NCBI GenBank assembly: GCA_965198225.1
Contig: CBDAOY010000008.1
Location: forward strand, 832,001-896,000
Source: Terriglobia bacterium
GTDB taxonomy: Bacteria; Acidobacteriota; Terriglobia; 20CM-2-55-15
Direction of reading: 5' to 3'
DNA length: 64,000 bases
Under the pieces are notes generated by a model. The model saw only the letters and a list, made by a program, of their open reading frames with translations, did not search any database and was not told where the DNA came from. Shown one piece after another: positions 47,360 through 56,653 of this stretch (position 1 is the first letter of the stretch; every line of letters begins with the position of its first letter). The translations under genes were made by a program, and so were the position numbers.

Positions 47360-48121
47360 CTACCGCCTCTTGCCGAACACGAAAGCAACCCCAACGCCCA
47401 CCAGGTACAGCAGAATCATCGGGCCCGCCATGATCATCATGTTCGGAATGTCCGCCGTCGGGGTGATGATCGCGGCGATGACGAAAGCGATCAACACGGC
47501 ATACTTCGTGTTGCGCAGGAGGAAACCTGGCGTAACGAGACCGATTCGGCTGAAGACGAATATGATGGGAGGAATCTGAAACACGATAGCCAGTCCGACC
47601 ATAATCGTCAGGAAGAAATCGAAATAGCGCGTTGCATCGATCATCGCCTGCAGGTTCGCGGACTCTCCCCAGCTGATCAGGAAGTCCAGGGCAAAGGGGA
47701 AGGCGATGAAGTACCCGAAAGCCACGCCGCATCCGGCGAGAATCGTCGTCGACATGACGAAGGGGACGGCGTAGCGACGCTCGCGTTTGTAGAGTCCGGG
47801 CGCGATGAAGAGCCAGACTTGGGCAAGAATGAAAGGAAACGAGAGCAGAAGCGCAGCGATGAAAGCGACTTTGATGAACAAGTTAAAAGGCTGCGTCGGC
47901 GAGATGAAGACGAGGGGCTGATCCCCCAGGGCCTCCTGGATCGGACCGGCGACAATCAGGTAGAGCTCTTGCACGAATCCCCAGCAGACCAGGAAGGTCA
48001 CACCCACGACGATCAGTGCGCGGATTATCCGCGTCCGGAGTTCCTCGAGGTGGTCGAGGAACGACATCTGTCCAACGACCAGTTCTTCTTTCGGAGACTG
48101 GACTGGGGGCTCGACGGCCAT
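47360..48121 (-). CDS. tatC: Sec-independent translocase TatC
   Basis: MSFLDHLEELRTR, FIAPGLY and ITPTAD motifs. Confidence 0.95.
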   Translation of the reverse strand: MAVEPPVQSPKEELVVGQMSFLDHLEELRTRIIRALIVVGVTFLVCWGFVQELYLIVAGPIQEALGDQPLVFISPTQPFNLFIKVAFIAALLLSFPFILAQVWLFIAPGLYKRERRYAVPFVMSTTILAGCGVAFGYFIAFPFALDFLISWGESANLQAMIDATRYFDFFLTIMVGLAIVFQIPPIIFVFSRIGLVTPGFLLRNTKYAVLIAFVIAAIITPTADIPNMMIMAGPMILLYLVGVGVAFVFGKRR

Positions 48122-48454
48122 TTACGAAGGCTTCTCGGTTTGGGTAGAGTTCTCCGAGGTAGAGTCCTGCTGGGAGGGGCCTTGTGAAGCGTAAAACTCG
48201 GCCTTCGGGTCCTTGTCGAGGTCTTCCTTCAGGTCCTTTTCGAGATCTTTCAAGTCTTTGGTCGTGTCGGTGAGATCCTTTTCGACGTCCCGGACCTGCT
48301 CCTCCCAACTGGACTTGATGTCGTTGGTGGCCCGCTTGAATTCTTTCAGGCCTTTTCCGAGGGATTTCCCGAGTTCGGGGAGCTTCTTCGGCCCGAAAAC
48401 GAGGAGCGCGACCACAAAAATAAGTAACAGCTCCTGAAAGCCAAGCTGACCCAT
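48122..48454 (-). CDS. tatA: TatA/TatB family subunit
   Basis: ELLLIFVVALLVFGPKKLPELG. Confidence 0.85.
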   Translation of the reverse strand: MGQLGFQELLLIFVVALLVFGPKKLPELGKSLGKGLKEFKRATNDIKSSWEEQVRDVEKDLTDTTKDLKDLEKDLKEDLDKDPKAEFYASQGPSQQDSTSENSTQTEKPS

Positions 48455-48596
48455 CAGAACCTCCCTAAAGTTTCGATGCCTTCAATCATAGCGGCCCGAG
48501 CGAAATTGCGTCAACGGAAAGTCCCTCTAGCAACCTTTTCTATCAAGGTCTTCGAGCGATCGCAAGCCGGTATTTCCGGCAAGTTGGTAACCCTTT

Positions 48597-48605
48597 TGTT
48601 ATAAT
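48597..48605 (+). promoter_or_regulatory. Extended -10 promoter upstream of ctpA
   Basis: TGtTATAAT ending 28 nt before ATG 48634. Confidence 0.6.
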
Positions 48606-48633
48606 ACCGTCACTTGTTGCGAAAGGGGTTTAC

Positions 48634-50217
48634 ATGAAGCTTAGTCCGTCCCGCGCGCTACTGTTCTGGGTTGTCCTGCTGACCGCCGCCGTTCTGTTCG
48701 GGGGCTTGTACGGCACTCAGGCTCAGGCGACTACCGGCGCCGAAGAAGATCTTGACGCATCTCTGAAGACTTTCACCGCTCTGTTGAGCATGGTTGAACG
48801 CAACCACGCTACCGCTGTCGACCCGGCAAAGGCGGTCTATGGGGCCATCGACGGCATGCTCCGGACGCTCGACCCGCACTCGAAGTTCTTCAGTCCCGAA
48901 GATTTCCGACGGCTGCGCGAGGACCAGCGCGGAAAGTATTACGGACTTGGGATTACCGTGACGAGCCGTTTCGGCAAGGTCACGGTGGTGTCGCCGCCGT
49001 TCCCGGGCGCTCCCGCCGAAAAAGTGGGCTTGCGCGTCGGCGACGTGCTGAGCCATGTCAACGGCGAACCAACCGAGGGAGTGGACCTCAACACGGTGGT
49101 CGGCCAGTTGAAGGGACCGAAGGGGACTCCGGTCAACGTCACCGTCACGCGCCCCGGTGTCGATGAGCCTTTCGAGGTCACCATCATCCGCGACGAGATC
49201 TCGAAGTTCACGATCAGCAACGCCTTCGAAATCCGTGAGGGTATCGGATACATCAAGATCGACAACTTCGCCGAGACAACCGGCGCAGAACTGCGCGAAG
49301 CTCTTCGGGAGTTGGACGGCGACAACCTCAAGGGACTGGTCCTGGACCTTCGGGGCAACCCCGGCGGCCTGTTGCAGGAGGCCATAGAGGTGTCTTCGAT
49401 GTTCCTCCAGAAGGGACAGCTCATCGTCGAGACCCGCGGCCGAACACGGGGATCAAATCGTCCGTATGCCTCGCAGCGCGTGAATAATGACAACCTCTAC
49501 CCGCTTGTTGTCGTGATCAACAAGCAGAGTGCCAGTGCTTCGGAGATCGTAGCCGGCGCCGTCCAGGATCACGACCGGGGTTTGATCGTCGGGGAGACCA
49601 GCTTCGGCAAGGGCCTCGTGCAATCAGTTTATCCTTTGAGCAAGCGCGCCGGTCTGGCGCTGACGACTCAGAAATGGCACACCCCGAGCGGCCGGTTGAT
49701 TCAGCGAGATTACTCCGCGATCTCTCAGTTCGACTATTACAACCAGCGAGACGGCGACTCGGAGCCCGAGCAGGCGGAGATCACGTACTCGGACCTGGGC
49801 CGGAAAGTTTACGGTGGGGGCGGTATCACGCCGGACGAGAACGTTCCGACGCCGGGGCTGAACGAGTTCGAAGATCTGCTGACCAAGCGCTTCGCTGTCT
49901 ACACCTTCGTACGGGACTTCCTGGCCGATAATCCCACCGTCACGTCGGAATTCGAAGTTTCAGATGAAATGCTGCAGGAGTTCGCAGGCCATCTGGTCGA
50001 ACGCGACATCGAGTTGAGCGAGAATGCTCTGGCCGACAACGCGGAATTCGTGAAGCGGATGATCAAGTATGAGGTGTTCTACAATCGTCTGGGCGTGTCC
50101 GACGCGGCTAAGGTACTGCTCAACGGCGACCGTCAAATTCTGCGGGCGCTGGAGCTTCTGCCCGAGGCCGGGGAACTCTCGATGCGGGCACGCAGCGCGA
50201 TGGCCCGGCGGCAGTAG
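48634..50217 (+). CDS. ctpA: Carboxyl-terminal processing protease (S41A)
   Basis: LDPHS, PDZ domain, DLRGNPGG, SASASEIVAG and FGKG motifs. Confidence 0.92.
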   Translation: MKLSPSRALLFWVVLLTAAVLFGGLYGTQAQATTGAEEDLDASLKTFTALLSMVERNHATAVDPAKAVYGAIDGMLRTLDPHSKFFSPEDFRRLREDQRGKYYGLGITVTSRFGKVTVVSPPFPGAPAEKVGLRVGDVLSHVNGEPTEGVDLNTVVGQLKGPKGTPVNVTVTRPGVDEPFEVTIIRDEISKFTISNAFEIREGIGYIKIDNFAETTGAELREALRELDGDNLKGLVLDLRGNPGGLLQEAIEVSSMFLQKGQLIVETRGRTRGSNRPYASQRVNNDNLYPLVVVINKQSASASEIVAGAVQDHDRGLIVGETSFGKGLVQSVYPLSKRAGLALTTQKWHTPSGRLIQRDYSAISQFDYYNQRDGDSEPEQAEITYSDLGRKVYGGGGITPDENVPTPGLNEFEDLLTKRFAVYTFVRDFLADNPTVTSEFEVSDEMLQEFAGHLVERDIELSENALADNAEFVKRMIKYEVFYNRLGVSDAAKVLLNGDRQILRALELLPEAGELSMRARSAMARRQ

Positions 50218-50249
50218 GCGAACGGGACCGTACACCCAGGTTATCGAAG

Positions 50250-50281
50250 ACGGGCGGCCAATTCGGCCGCCCGTTTCTTTT
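50250..50281 (+). terminator. Rho-independent terminator (target of the class C intron)
   Basis: ACGGGCGGCC-AATTC-GGCCGCCCGT followed by TTCTTTT. Confidence 0.85.
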
Positions 50282-50282
50282 G

Positions 50283-52208
50283 GTGCGCCAGGCATGGCGC
50301 GCAGCGCCATGAATTGGCGCTGGATAACCGGGGAGCGAAAGCGAACCGGGAAGTGACTAGGAGGTGAGAGTCCTCTGGGGGCCTTGATGACAGGAACCCT
50401 TAGCCGATGTGGCAACTGCGTCCGAGCAATCGGGGGTGGGAAGGAAGCCATAGGCAAAACTCTGGCCCGAGGCACACGAACCGCATAAGAGGCAGGCGTC
50501 AGGTGGGCGAAGAGGCCAACAGATCGGAAGCCCAATGTCATCCGGACCGGGCGTTTGTAGATGCGGCGGGTAGATGGAGTGAAAGTCACGTGCCTTACCC
50601 TGGGAGATCCGTTGTCTTGCTGGGAACAGCTAGAGTCGTCGAGAGGCGGCGCGATGGGGCGGCGGAAGTCAGCCACGGTCATAGTAGCCCGGCGGAGCCG
50701 GGGTGAAGGACCACACATGGAGAAGAGACCGACACGGAGCGTTCGATGCGAAACGGAGACGCAGACAAGAGGGCTGAGAAGCCGGAACCGAACCGGAAGG
50801 ATAGCGGCGGAACCGTGACAGATACGGATGAGGGGCGTCAAACTCGCACGGCACGTCACGAGCAAGTCGGGATCGAGGAGGGAATGCTACTGGAGAAGGT
50901 GCTGGAACGGGAAAACGTTCTGGCCGCATACCGACGCGTCAAGGCCAATAGCGGGGCGGCGGGAATCGACGGGATGACCGTTGAGGACCTGATGCCGCAC
51001 TGTCAGATGCACTGGACGCGAGTCCGTCAAGAACTGCTCGACGAGACGTACCGCCCCCAACCGGTGAGGAAAGTCGATATTCTGAAACCGGACGGAGGGA
51101 TACGGACGCTGGGCATTCCGACCGTGATGGACCGGATGATTCAACAGGCTCTGCTTCAGGTTCTCCAACCCCTATGGGATCGGACGTTCTCGGAAGATAG
51201 CTACGGCTACCGACCGGGACGAAGCGCCCAAAAGGCGGTGGTGCGTGCCCGGGAACACATTCGAGCCGGACATCGCTGGGTGGTGGACCTGGACATCGAG
51301 AAGTTCTTTGATCGCGTCAACCATGACGTGCTGATGGCACGCGTGGCGCGACGAATCAAAGACAAACGGGTGCTTCGATTGATTCGGCGCTATCTACAGG
51401 CCGGACTGATGGAGGGCGGGCTGGTGTCGCCCCGGGCAGAAGGGACGCCGCAAGGCGGCCCCCTCTCGCCTCTGCTGTCGAACCTGTTGCTGGATGAACT
51501 GGATCGGGAGTTGGGGAAACGTGGGCACCGCTTCGTTCGTTATGCCGACGATGTGAATGTGTACATTCGCTCCGAGGCAGCGGGTCAGCGGGTCATGGCA
51601 TCGCTGGAATGTTTTCTGGACAGGAGACTCCGGCTGAAGGTGAACCGGGCCAAAAGCGCCGTGGCGCGGCCGTGGAAGCGAAAGTTCCTCGGGTACAGTT
51701 TCACGGCGCATCGCGAGGCCAAACTGAAGGTTTCGGATTCGTCGTTAAAACGACTGAAAATGAGACTTCGGGAGATCACGCGAGCCGGGCGAGGCCGAAG
51801 CCTCGCTCGCACGATCGGAACACTCATTCCCATCATTCGGGGTTGGGTGGCTTACTATCGCTTGGCGGAGGTTCGAGGCAGCTTCGAGCGACTGGATCAG
51901 TGGTTGCGCCGCCGGCTGCGGTCGATCTTGTGGCAGCAGTGGAAGCGGAACCGAACACGATTCCGGGAACTCACTCGACGCGGTATTGCGACCGCTCGGG
52001 CTCGGACCTCGGTTTCCAACGGGCGCGGGCCTTGGTGGAATGCGGGCGCCAGCCATATGAATCAGGCTGTCCCCGCCTCTGCCTTCCGTCGCCTGGGTTT
52101 GCAATCCTTCTCCGAGGTGCATTCCCGACTTCAATCTTTATGAACCGCCGTATACGGAACCGTACGTACGGTGGTGTGGGAGGCGGGCGTTAAGCCCGCC
52201 TACCCGAT
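50283..52208 (+). mobile_element. Group II intron, bacterial class C (IIC)
   Basis: 5' GTGCGCC directly after a terminator; short DV GAACCGCCGTATACGGAACCGTACGTACGGTGGTGT with CGC triad; DVI ending ACCCGAT. Confidence 0.92.
50746..52143 (+). CDS. ltrA: Group II intron reverse transcriptase/maturase (no endonuclease domain)
   Basis: GAAGIDG, RTLGIPTVMDR, GTPQGGPLSPLL, RYADD and FLG motifs; maturase domain. Confidence 0.95.
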   Translation: MRNGDADKRAEKPEPNRKDSGGTVTDTDEGRQTRTARHEQVGIEEGMLLEKVLERENVLAAYRRVKANSGAAGIDGMTVEDLMPHCQMHWTRVRQELLDETYRPQPVRKVDILKPDGGIRTLGIPTVMDRMIQQALLQVLQPLWDRTFSEDSYGYRPGRSAQKAVVRAREHIRAGHRWVVDLDIEKFFDRVNHDVLMARVARRIKDKRVLRLIRRYLQAGLMEGGLVSPRAEGTPQGGPLSPLLSNLLLDELDRELGKRGHRFVRYADDVNVYIRSEAAGQRVMASLECFLDRRLRLKVNRAKSAVARPWKRKFLGYSFTAHREAKLKVSDSSLKRLKMRLREITRAGRGRSLARTIGTLIPIIRGWVAYYRLAEVRGSFERLDQWLRRRLRSILWQQWKRNRTRFRELTRRGIATARARTSVSNGRGPWWNAGASHMNQAVPASAFRRLGLQSFSEVHSRLQSL

Positions 52209-52212
52209 GCCG

Positions 52213-53286
52213 ATGCAGCAGATCAAGCTGAACGTTTCGGAGACCTCCACTGAAATCCTCGTCGGTGGAGGTGCGTTCGGCGCCCTGCGAGAACACATGT
52301 CCGCTGCCGGGTTGAACGGATCGAGCCTGGTCGTCTCCCAGCCTCGTGTTCTCAAAGCGATCGAGCGTCGAGATCTGGGGCGCCTCCCGCTCGTAACGAT
52401 CCCGGACGGGGAGCGCGCGAAGACGATGGGCACTGTGAGCCGCCTGATCGACCGGATGGTGTCACACGGGCTGACACGCCAGTCCGCTATCGTGGCCGTC
52501 GGTGGTGGTGTCGTCGGAGATGTCGCTGCATTTGCGGCCTCGATTTATTTGAGGGGAATAGCAGTTGTGCAGGTTCCGACGACCCTATTGGCTCAGGTCG
52601 ACTCGAGCGTGGGCGGCAAGACTGGCGTGAATCATCGGGCGGCTAAAAACCTGATCGGAAGCTTCCATCAGCCTCGGCTCGTCGTCGTGGACCCGTCGCT
52701 ACTGGCTTCACTGCCACGAAGGCAGTATTCGAGCGGTCTCTACGAAGCACTAAAGTATGGGATCATCAGAGATCGTGCGTTGTTCCTTCGTTTCGGGCGA
52801 AATCGTGAGGCGATACTGGAACGCGAAGTCCAGGCGCTTGAAGAGTTGATTTCAGACTGTCTGCGCATCAAGGTCGCAGTCGTCGGCGCCGACGAGCGCG
52901 AAGGCGATCTGCGACGCATCCTCAACTTCGGCCACACGATCGGCCACGCTCTGGAGACGGCGGCAGGATACCGGCGCATCCTGCACGGCGAGGCGGTCGG
53001 TTACGGAATGCTCGCGGCCACCTGGATCGCCAGGGAAATGAGAAGGATCTCCGCTCCCCAGGCTGGGCGGATCGAGGAAGCGGTGCTCGGAATCGCTAGG
53101 TTGCCGCGCCTGAAGGGTGTATCTACGCCAGCGGTGATGGAGGCGATCGGTCATGACAAGAAGGTCCGGGACGGATCCGTCCACTTTGTCCTGCCCAGAA
53201 GGATCGGTCGGGTGGAGATCACTCCGGACGTTCCGAGGGGGCTGGTTCGGAGAATCGTGGCTGAGATTCTGAAGTTCCGTCTATGA
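52213..53286 (+). CDS. aroB: 3-dehydroquinate synthase
   Basis: GGGVVGD, PTTLLAQVDSSVGGKTGVN and LNFGHTIGHALE motifs. Confidence 0.95.
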   Translation: MQQIKLNVSETSTEILVGGGAFGALREHMSAAGLNGSSLVVSQPRVLKAIERRDLGRLPLVTIPDGERAKTMGTVSRLIDRMVSHGLTRQSAIVAVGGGVVGDVAAFAASIYLRGIAVVQVPTTLLAQVDSSVGGKTGVNHRAAKNLIGSFHQPRLVVVDPSLLASLPRRQYSSGLYEALKYGIIRDRALFLRFGRNREAILEREVQALEELISDCLRIKVAVVGADEREGDLRRILNFGHTIGHALETAAGYRRILHGEAVGYGMLAATWIAREMRRISAPQAGRIEEAVLGIARLPRLKGVSTPAVMEAIGHDKKVRDGSVHFVLPRRIGRVEITPDVPRGLVRRIVAEILKFRL

Positions 53287-54026
53287 GAGAGACGGCCAAG
53301 AACCGAGCGCCATCTCAGGGACCGGATCCTCTTGTGGTTCGGCAGATGTTTGCCGACATTGCGCCAAGCTACGACTTCCTGAACCACTTCCTCTCCCTGT
53401 CGATCGACCGCCGATGGAGACGTCGGGCGGTCGGCTTCATCGCGTCCTCGGATCCCGACCCTGCCGACGTGTGCCTGGATCTGTGCAGCGGTACCGGCGA
53501 CCTTTCGATCGAACTGCACAGGCAGCTCAACCTGCGGGTCGTCAGCTCGGATTTTTGTCATCCGATGCTCTTCGAATCCCGCAAGAAACTACGATCCGCC
53601 GGATTTGGCGATGCCATCCACCTCGCCGAGGCGGACGCCCTCGAGCTGCCGTTTGCGGATGGAAGCTTCGCCTTCGTGACGATCGCGTTCGGACTTCGGA
53701 ATCTCGAAAGCATCGAGCGGGGCCTCCGGGAGATGCGGCGGGTTCTCCAGCCGGGCGGCCCTCTGGTTGTCCTTGAATTCTCCCGGCCGGTCTTACCGCT
53801 GTTCCGAGAGGTTTTCGGGTTCTACTTCAGGCACATTCTTCCCAGGCTGGGGGCAATGATTTCGGGCAGGGAAGGGCCCTACCAATACTTGCCTTCATCG
53901 GTCGGTCGGTTTCCACCGCAGCGTGAGCTGGCCGCTTTGATCTCCTCGTCCGGCTTCTCCGACGTTGGGTTCCGGAACCTGACCGCCGGCGTCGCAGCCC
54001 TGCACTGGGGACGGAAGCCCGGCTAA
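53283..54026 (+). CDS. ubiE: Ubiquinone/menaquinone C-methyltransferase
   Basis: YDFLNHFLS, LDLCSGTGD, AFGLRN and YLPSSV motifs. Confidence 0.9.
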   Translation: MRETAKNRAPSQGPDPLVVRQMFADIAPSYDFLNHFLSLSIDRRWRRRAVGFIASSDPDPADVCLDLCSGTGDLSIELHRQLNLRVVSSDFCHPMLFESRKKLRSAGFGDAIHLAEADALELPFADGSFAFVTIAFGLRNLESIERGLREMRRVLQPGGPLVVLEFSRPVLPLFREVFGFYFRHILPRLGAMISGREGPYQYLPSSVGRFPPQRELAALISSSGFSDVGFRNLTAGVAALHWGRKPG

Positions 54027-54037
54027 GAAGCATTTGA

Positions 54038-54115
54038 AAATTGGAGATTGGAGATTGATCGATTTGTCATCCGAAGATTTCGAATGAAGCAATTTCCGAT
54101 GAAACAATCTCCAAT
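54038..54115. repeat. Inverted ATTGGAG heptamer arrays
   Basis: AAATTGGAGATTGGAGATTG ... CAATCTCCAAT; same type at 57394-57507. Confidence 0.65.
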
Positions 54116-54421
54116 AGCTCCGTTACAGGCCACTAGGACGGGGGGCGGGCTCCGGAATTGCGCCCGTCCCGGAGGCTCATGCTTCAGGCTCTTGGAACCT
54201 TCAAATCAAGCCTCCGGGCGTTGGCCACAGTGGAGGTCCATCGATCGGACGCAACCCGCGGGAGACGCGGGCGAACAAAAGGAGTTGCAAGGTGCGGAAC
54301 GATCGCCACCGCGGTGTCCTGGATCCTCGCCGTTCCGGCATTCCCTTCGCCGGTGCCGTGGTGCTCACAGGGTTGTTCGCCCCTTGTCGACGACCGGGTC
54401 AGGCCAGGGCCGGCGGAGTTT

Positions 54422-54991
54422 CTAGAACGGTGCTGAGCGTCGCTCACCCCCTTCGATATGCAAGCGCGCTACCATGCCATAACTACTTGATGGGATGTTG
54501 GATAATCGAGAACCTGAGCCGAGGTTACAAAAAGTTACAAAAGATGGCGAACGATTCCGTTTGGAGCCGTCGAGAGCCAGAAGACGCCCGACCCCATCGG
54601 TTTGCCCCCTCGCGTTCGTGATCGGAGAAAGGTTGACGCCGATACGCTTGACCGCGGCCGCACCCCCGCCCACATTGAACTCTTTGCGAGTGAAGGTCTC
54701 GGCCGTCGTCAGGCAACGATCGAGGAGGGTATGGAACTCGCTCGCTTCCACGACGAGGTCGGCGAACCGCTTCCCGGTGCCCATTGCGTAACCGAAGATG
54801 CGCTGGCTGGCCGGGTTGTGACCCGTGATGTATCCCCGGGAGTCGACCATCACCAGCCCGCTGGGCATGTTGTTGGTGATGTACTCGCTCAGGACCCGGC
54901 TGCGGCTCTCGGCTCGGATGCGGGTGTATAGAAGCGATGAAGCGGCGATGACAGCCGCCAGGGCGATCGCCAGGACGAGAGTCGTGTTCAT
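54422..54991 (-). pseudogene. Truncated PAS-domain sensor (PilS/AtoS-like); kinase domain absent
   Basis: TM helix + PAS (ITNNMPSGLVMVD...NPAS...IGVNLSPIT); sequence after about 54590 is non-homologous read-through; coupled to pilD. Confidence 0.6.
54459..54491 (-). promoter_or_regulatory. Putative sigma54 (-24/-12) promoter with an adjacent IHF site
   Basis: Minus strand TGGTAGCGCGCTTGCA (GG-N10-GC) at 54474-54459; ATCAAGTAGTTA (ATCAAnnnnTTR) at 54491-54480. Confidence 0.5.
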
Positions 54992-55824
54992 GCCGGAGCC
55001 GGGAATGCGTAATCCATGTACAGGCGGATGATGTCGTTGCCGTACAGGACCGCGACTACGGCGCCCAAGCCCAGAAACGTCCCGAAAGGCAGTTCATAGT
55101 TGCGTGATTTTCCGAACAGCTGGATCACGGCCAGGCCGATGACCGAGCCCCCGAGGGAACCGATAAGAATCGTCAGCAAGGTCAAGGGAAGTCCGAGAAA
55201 TGCGCCCACCATCGCCATCATCTTGACATCACCGAAACCCATCCCTTCGATCCCTCGGATTCGAAAGAAGGCTTCGCGGACGGACCAGAGAAGGCCGCCG
55301 CCAAAAACGAGACCGACAACGCTCGCGGTCAGGGCGACAACGCGAGCCTCGGTCAACTCCACGCCGATGAGCTGATATAGGCGGAGCACGAAAGGACTCG
55401 GCAGGGCCAGGTACAGGCTCACGGCGACACCAATCCATATCCCGTTGAGCGTGATGACGTCAGGCAGGATGCGGTGATCGAGATCGATCAGCACCAGAAC
55501 GATCATGGCCGCGCAGAAAGCCAGGTACAGAAACCACTGCACGGTCAGGCCGTACTGGAGGGCGAGCAGCCCGCTCAAGACCCCGGTCAACGCTTCGACC
55601 GCAGGATAGCGGGCCGAGATCTCCGCGTTGCAATGTCGGCACCGTGCGCCGAGCATCAAGTAGCTCAGTATCGGTACGTTGTCGAACCAGGCGATCATTC
55701 GCCTGCATTTTGGACAACGGGAACGAGGCTTGACGACCGACTGATCCAGTGGGAGGCGCGCGATACAGACGTTCAGGAAGCTACCGATGGTCAGGCCGAC
55801 CAAAAGCGCAAGGATCAGCTCCAT
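54988..55824 (-). CDS. pilD: Prepilin peptidase (A24)
   Basis: GSFLNVCIARLP, SRCPKC, RCRHC, GMGFGDVK and PFGTFL motifs. Confidence 0.93.
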   Translation of the reverse strand: MELILALLVGLTIGSFLNVCIARLPLDQSVVKPRSRCPKCRRMIAWFDNVPILSYLMLGARCRHCNAEISARYPAVEALTGVLSGLLALQYGLTVQWFLYLAFCAAMIVLVLIDLDHRILPDVITLNGIWIGVAVSLYLALPSPFVLRLYQLIGVELTEARVVALTASVVGLVFGGGLLWSVREAFFRIRGIEGMGFGDVKMMAMVGAFLGLPLTLLTILIGSLGGSVIGLAVIQLFGKSRNYELPFGTFLGLGAVVAVLYGNDIIRLYMDYAFPAPA

Positions 55825-56564
55825 CAGCGCAGTATACGGAACTCCTTGAGGAATGCATAGCGGGCCCCCATCGACGCGATCTTCAGGCCCGCCCGCCCGT
55901 CGAGGAAGCCGCGTTGGAGCAAAAACGTCTTGAGGAAGAACAGCGGCGGGGACAGCAGCAGGCGCAGGGGGTTAAAATGCCGGCCGGCTTTTTTCGCCCT
56001 CGCGGCAGCAAGCCGGGTGTAGTTGTCGATCCGGCTGGCGTGGTCATCGAGCGACCGGTAGGGGAAATGCAGAAGGTCGCCATGCAGCTTGCGGACAGCG
56101 CCTTCGACGCTCAGCCCCTCGTGAACGAAGTCTCCTTCCCAGCGTGCGGCCCGCCGGTCGTACACGCGTACCTTGCGGTCGGGGTACCATCCCGAATGAG
56201 AGATCCAGCGGCCGAGGTAGAAAGCACGCCGGGGCATGGAGAGGCCCCCGACGCCATCCGACAGTCCGTTTTGCTTCCATCGACGGACTTCGGCGGCCAA
56301 CTCGATGCTCGGTCGTTCGTCGGCATCGACGCTGAAGACCCAATCGTTCGACGCTTCGGCAGCCGCGTAGTTTTTCTGGTCGGAATATCCCTTCCATTTG
56401 CGCGTGAGAACCCGTGCGCCGGCCTCGATCGCGATCTCACGGGTGCGGTCGATACTGTGCGCGTCAACGACGAGTATCTCGTCACAGAAGGAAAGACTCG
56501 AGATAGTTTCCCTGATGCGGTCTGCTTCGTTGAACGAGATGATAATCGCACTGATGGGAATCAT
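55824..56564 (-). CDS. Glycosyltransferase family 2 (KdtX/WaaE-like)
   Basis: EILVVD, VDADE, GWYPD, VHE and GFLDG motifs. Confidence 0.88.
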   Translation of the reverse strand: MIPISAIIISFNEADRIRETISSLSFCDEILVVDAHSIDRTREIAIEAGARVLTRKWKGYSDQKNYAAAEASNDWVFSVDADERPSIELAAEVRRWKQNGLSDGVGGLSMPRRAFYLGRWISHSGWYPDRKVRVYDRRAARWEGDFVHEGLSVEGAVRKLHGDLLHFPYRSLDDHASRIDNYTRLAAARAKKAGRHFNPLRLLLSPPLFFLKTFLLQRGFLDGRAGLKIASMGARYAFLKEFRILR

Positions 56565-56653
56565 GGGAAACGGGCGTGGCCGATGGCAATCAGCTCCAAT
56601 CCAAGGGATCAAGCGTCCAAAATCATTATGGTATAGTTCGTCGCCGTGATCCA

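Noticed and set aside
50746-52143. Reverse transcriptase as a retron, DGR or defence RT
   Set aside because: The flanking RNA has canonical group IIC 5' end, DV and DVI, and the protein has a maturase domain.
54134-54447. CsrA/RsmA-sponge interpretation and the 87-aa ORF at 54184-54447
   Set aside because: GGA motifs do not look enriched for such GC-rich DNA, and the ORF has no recognisable features.
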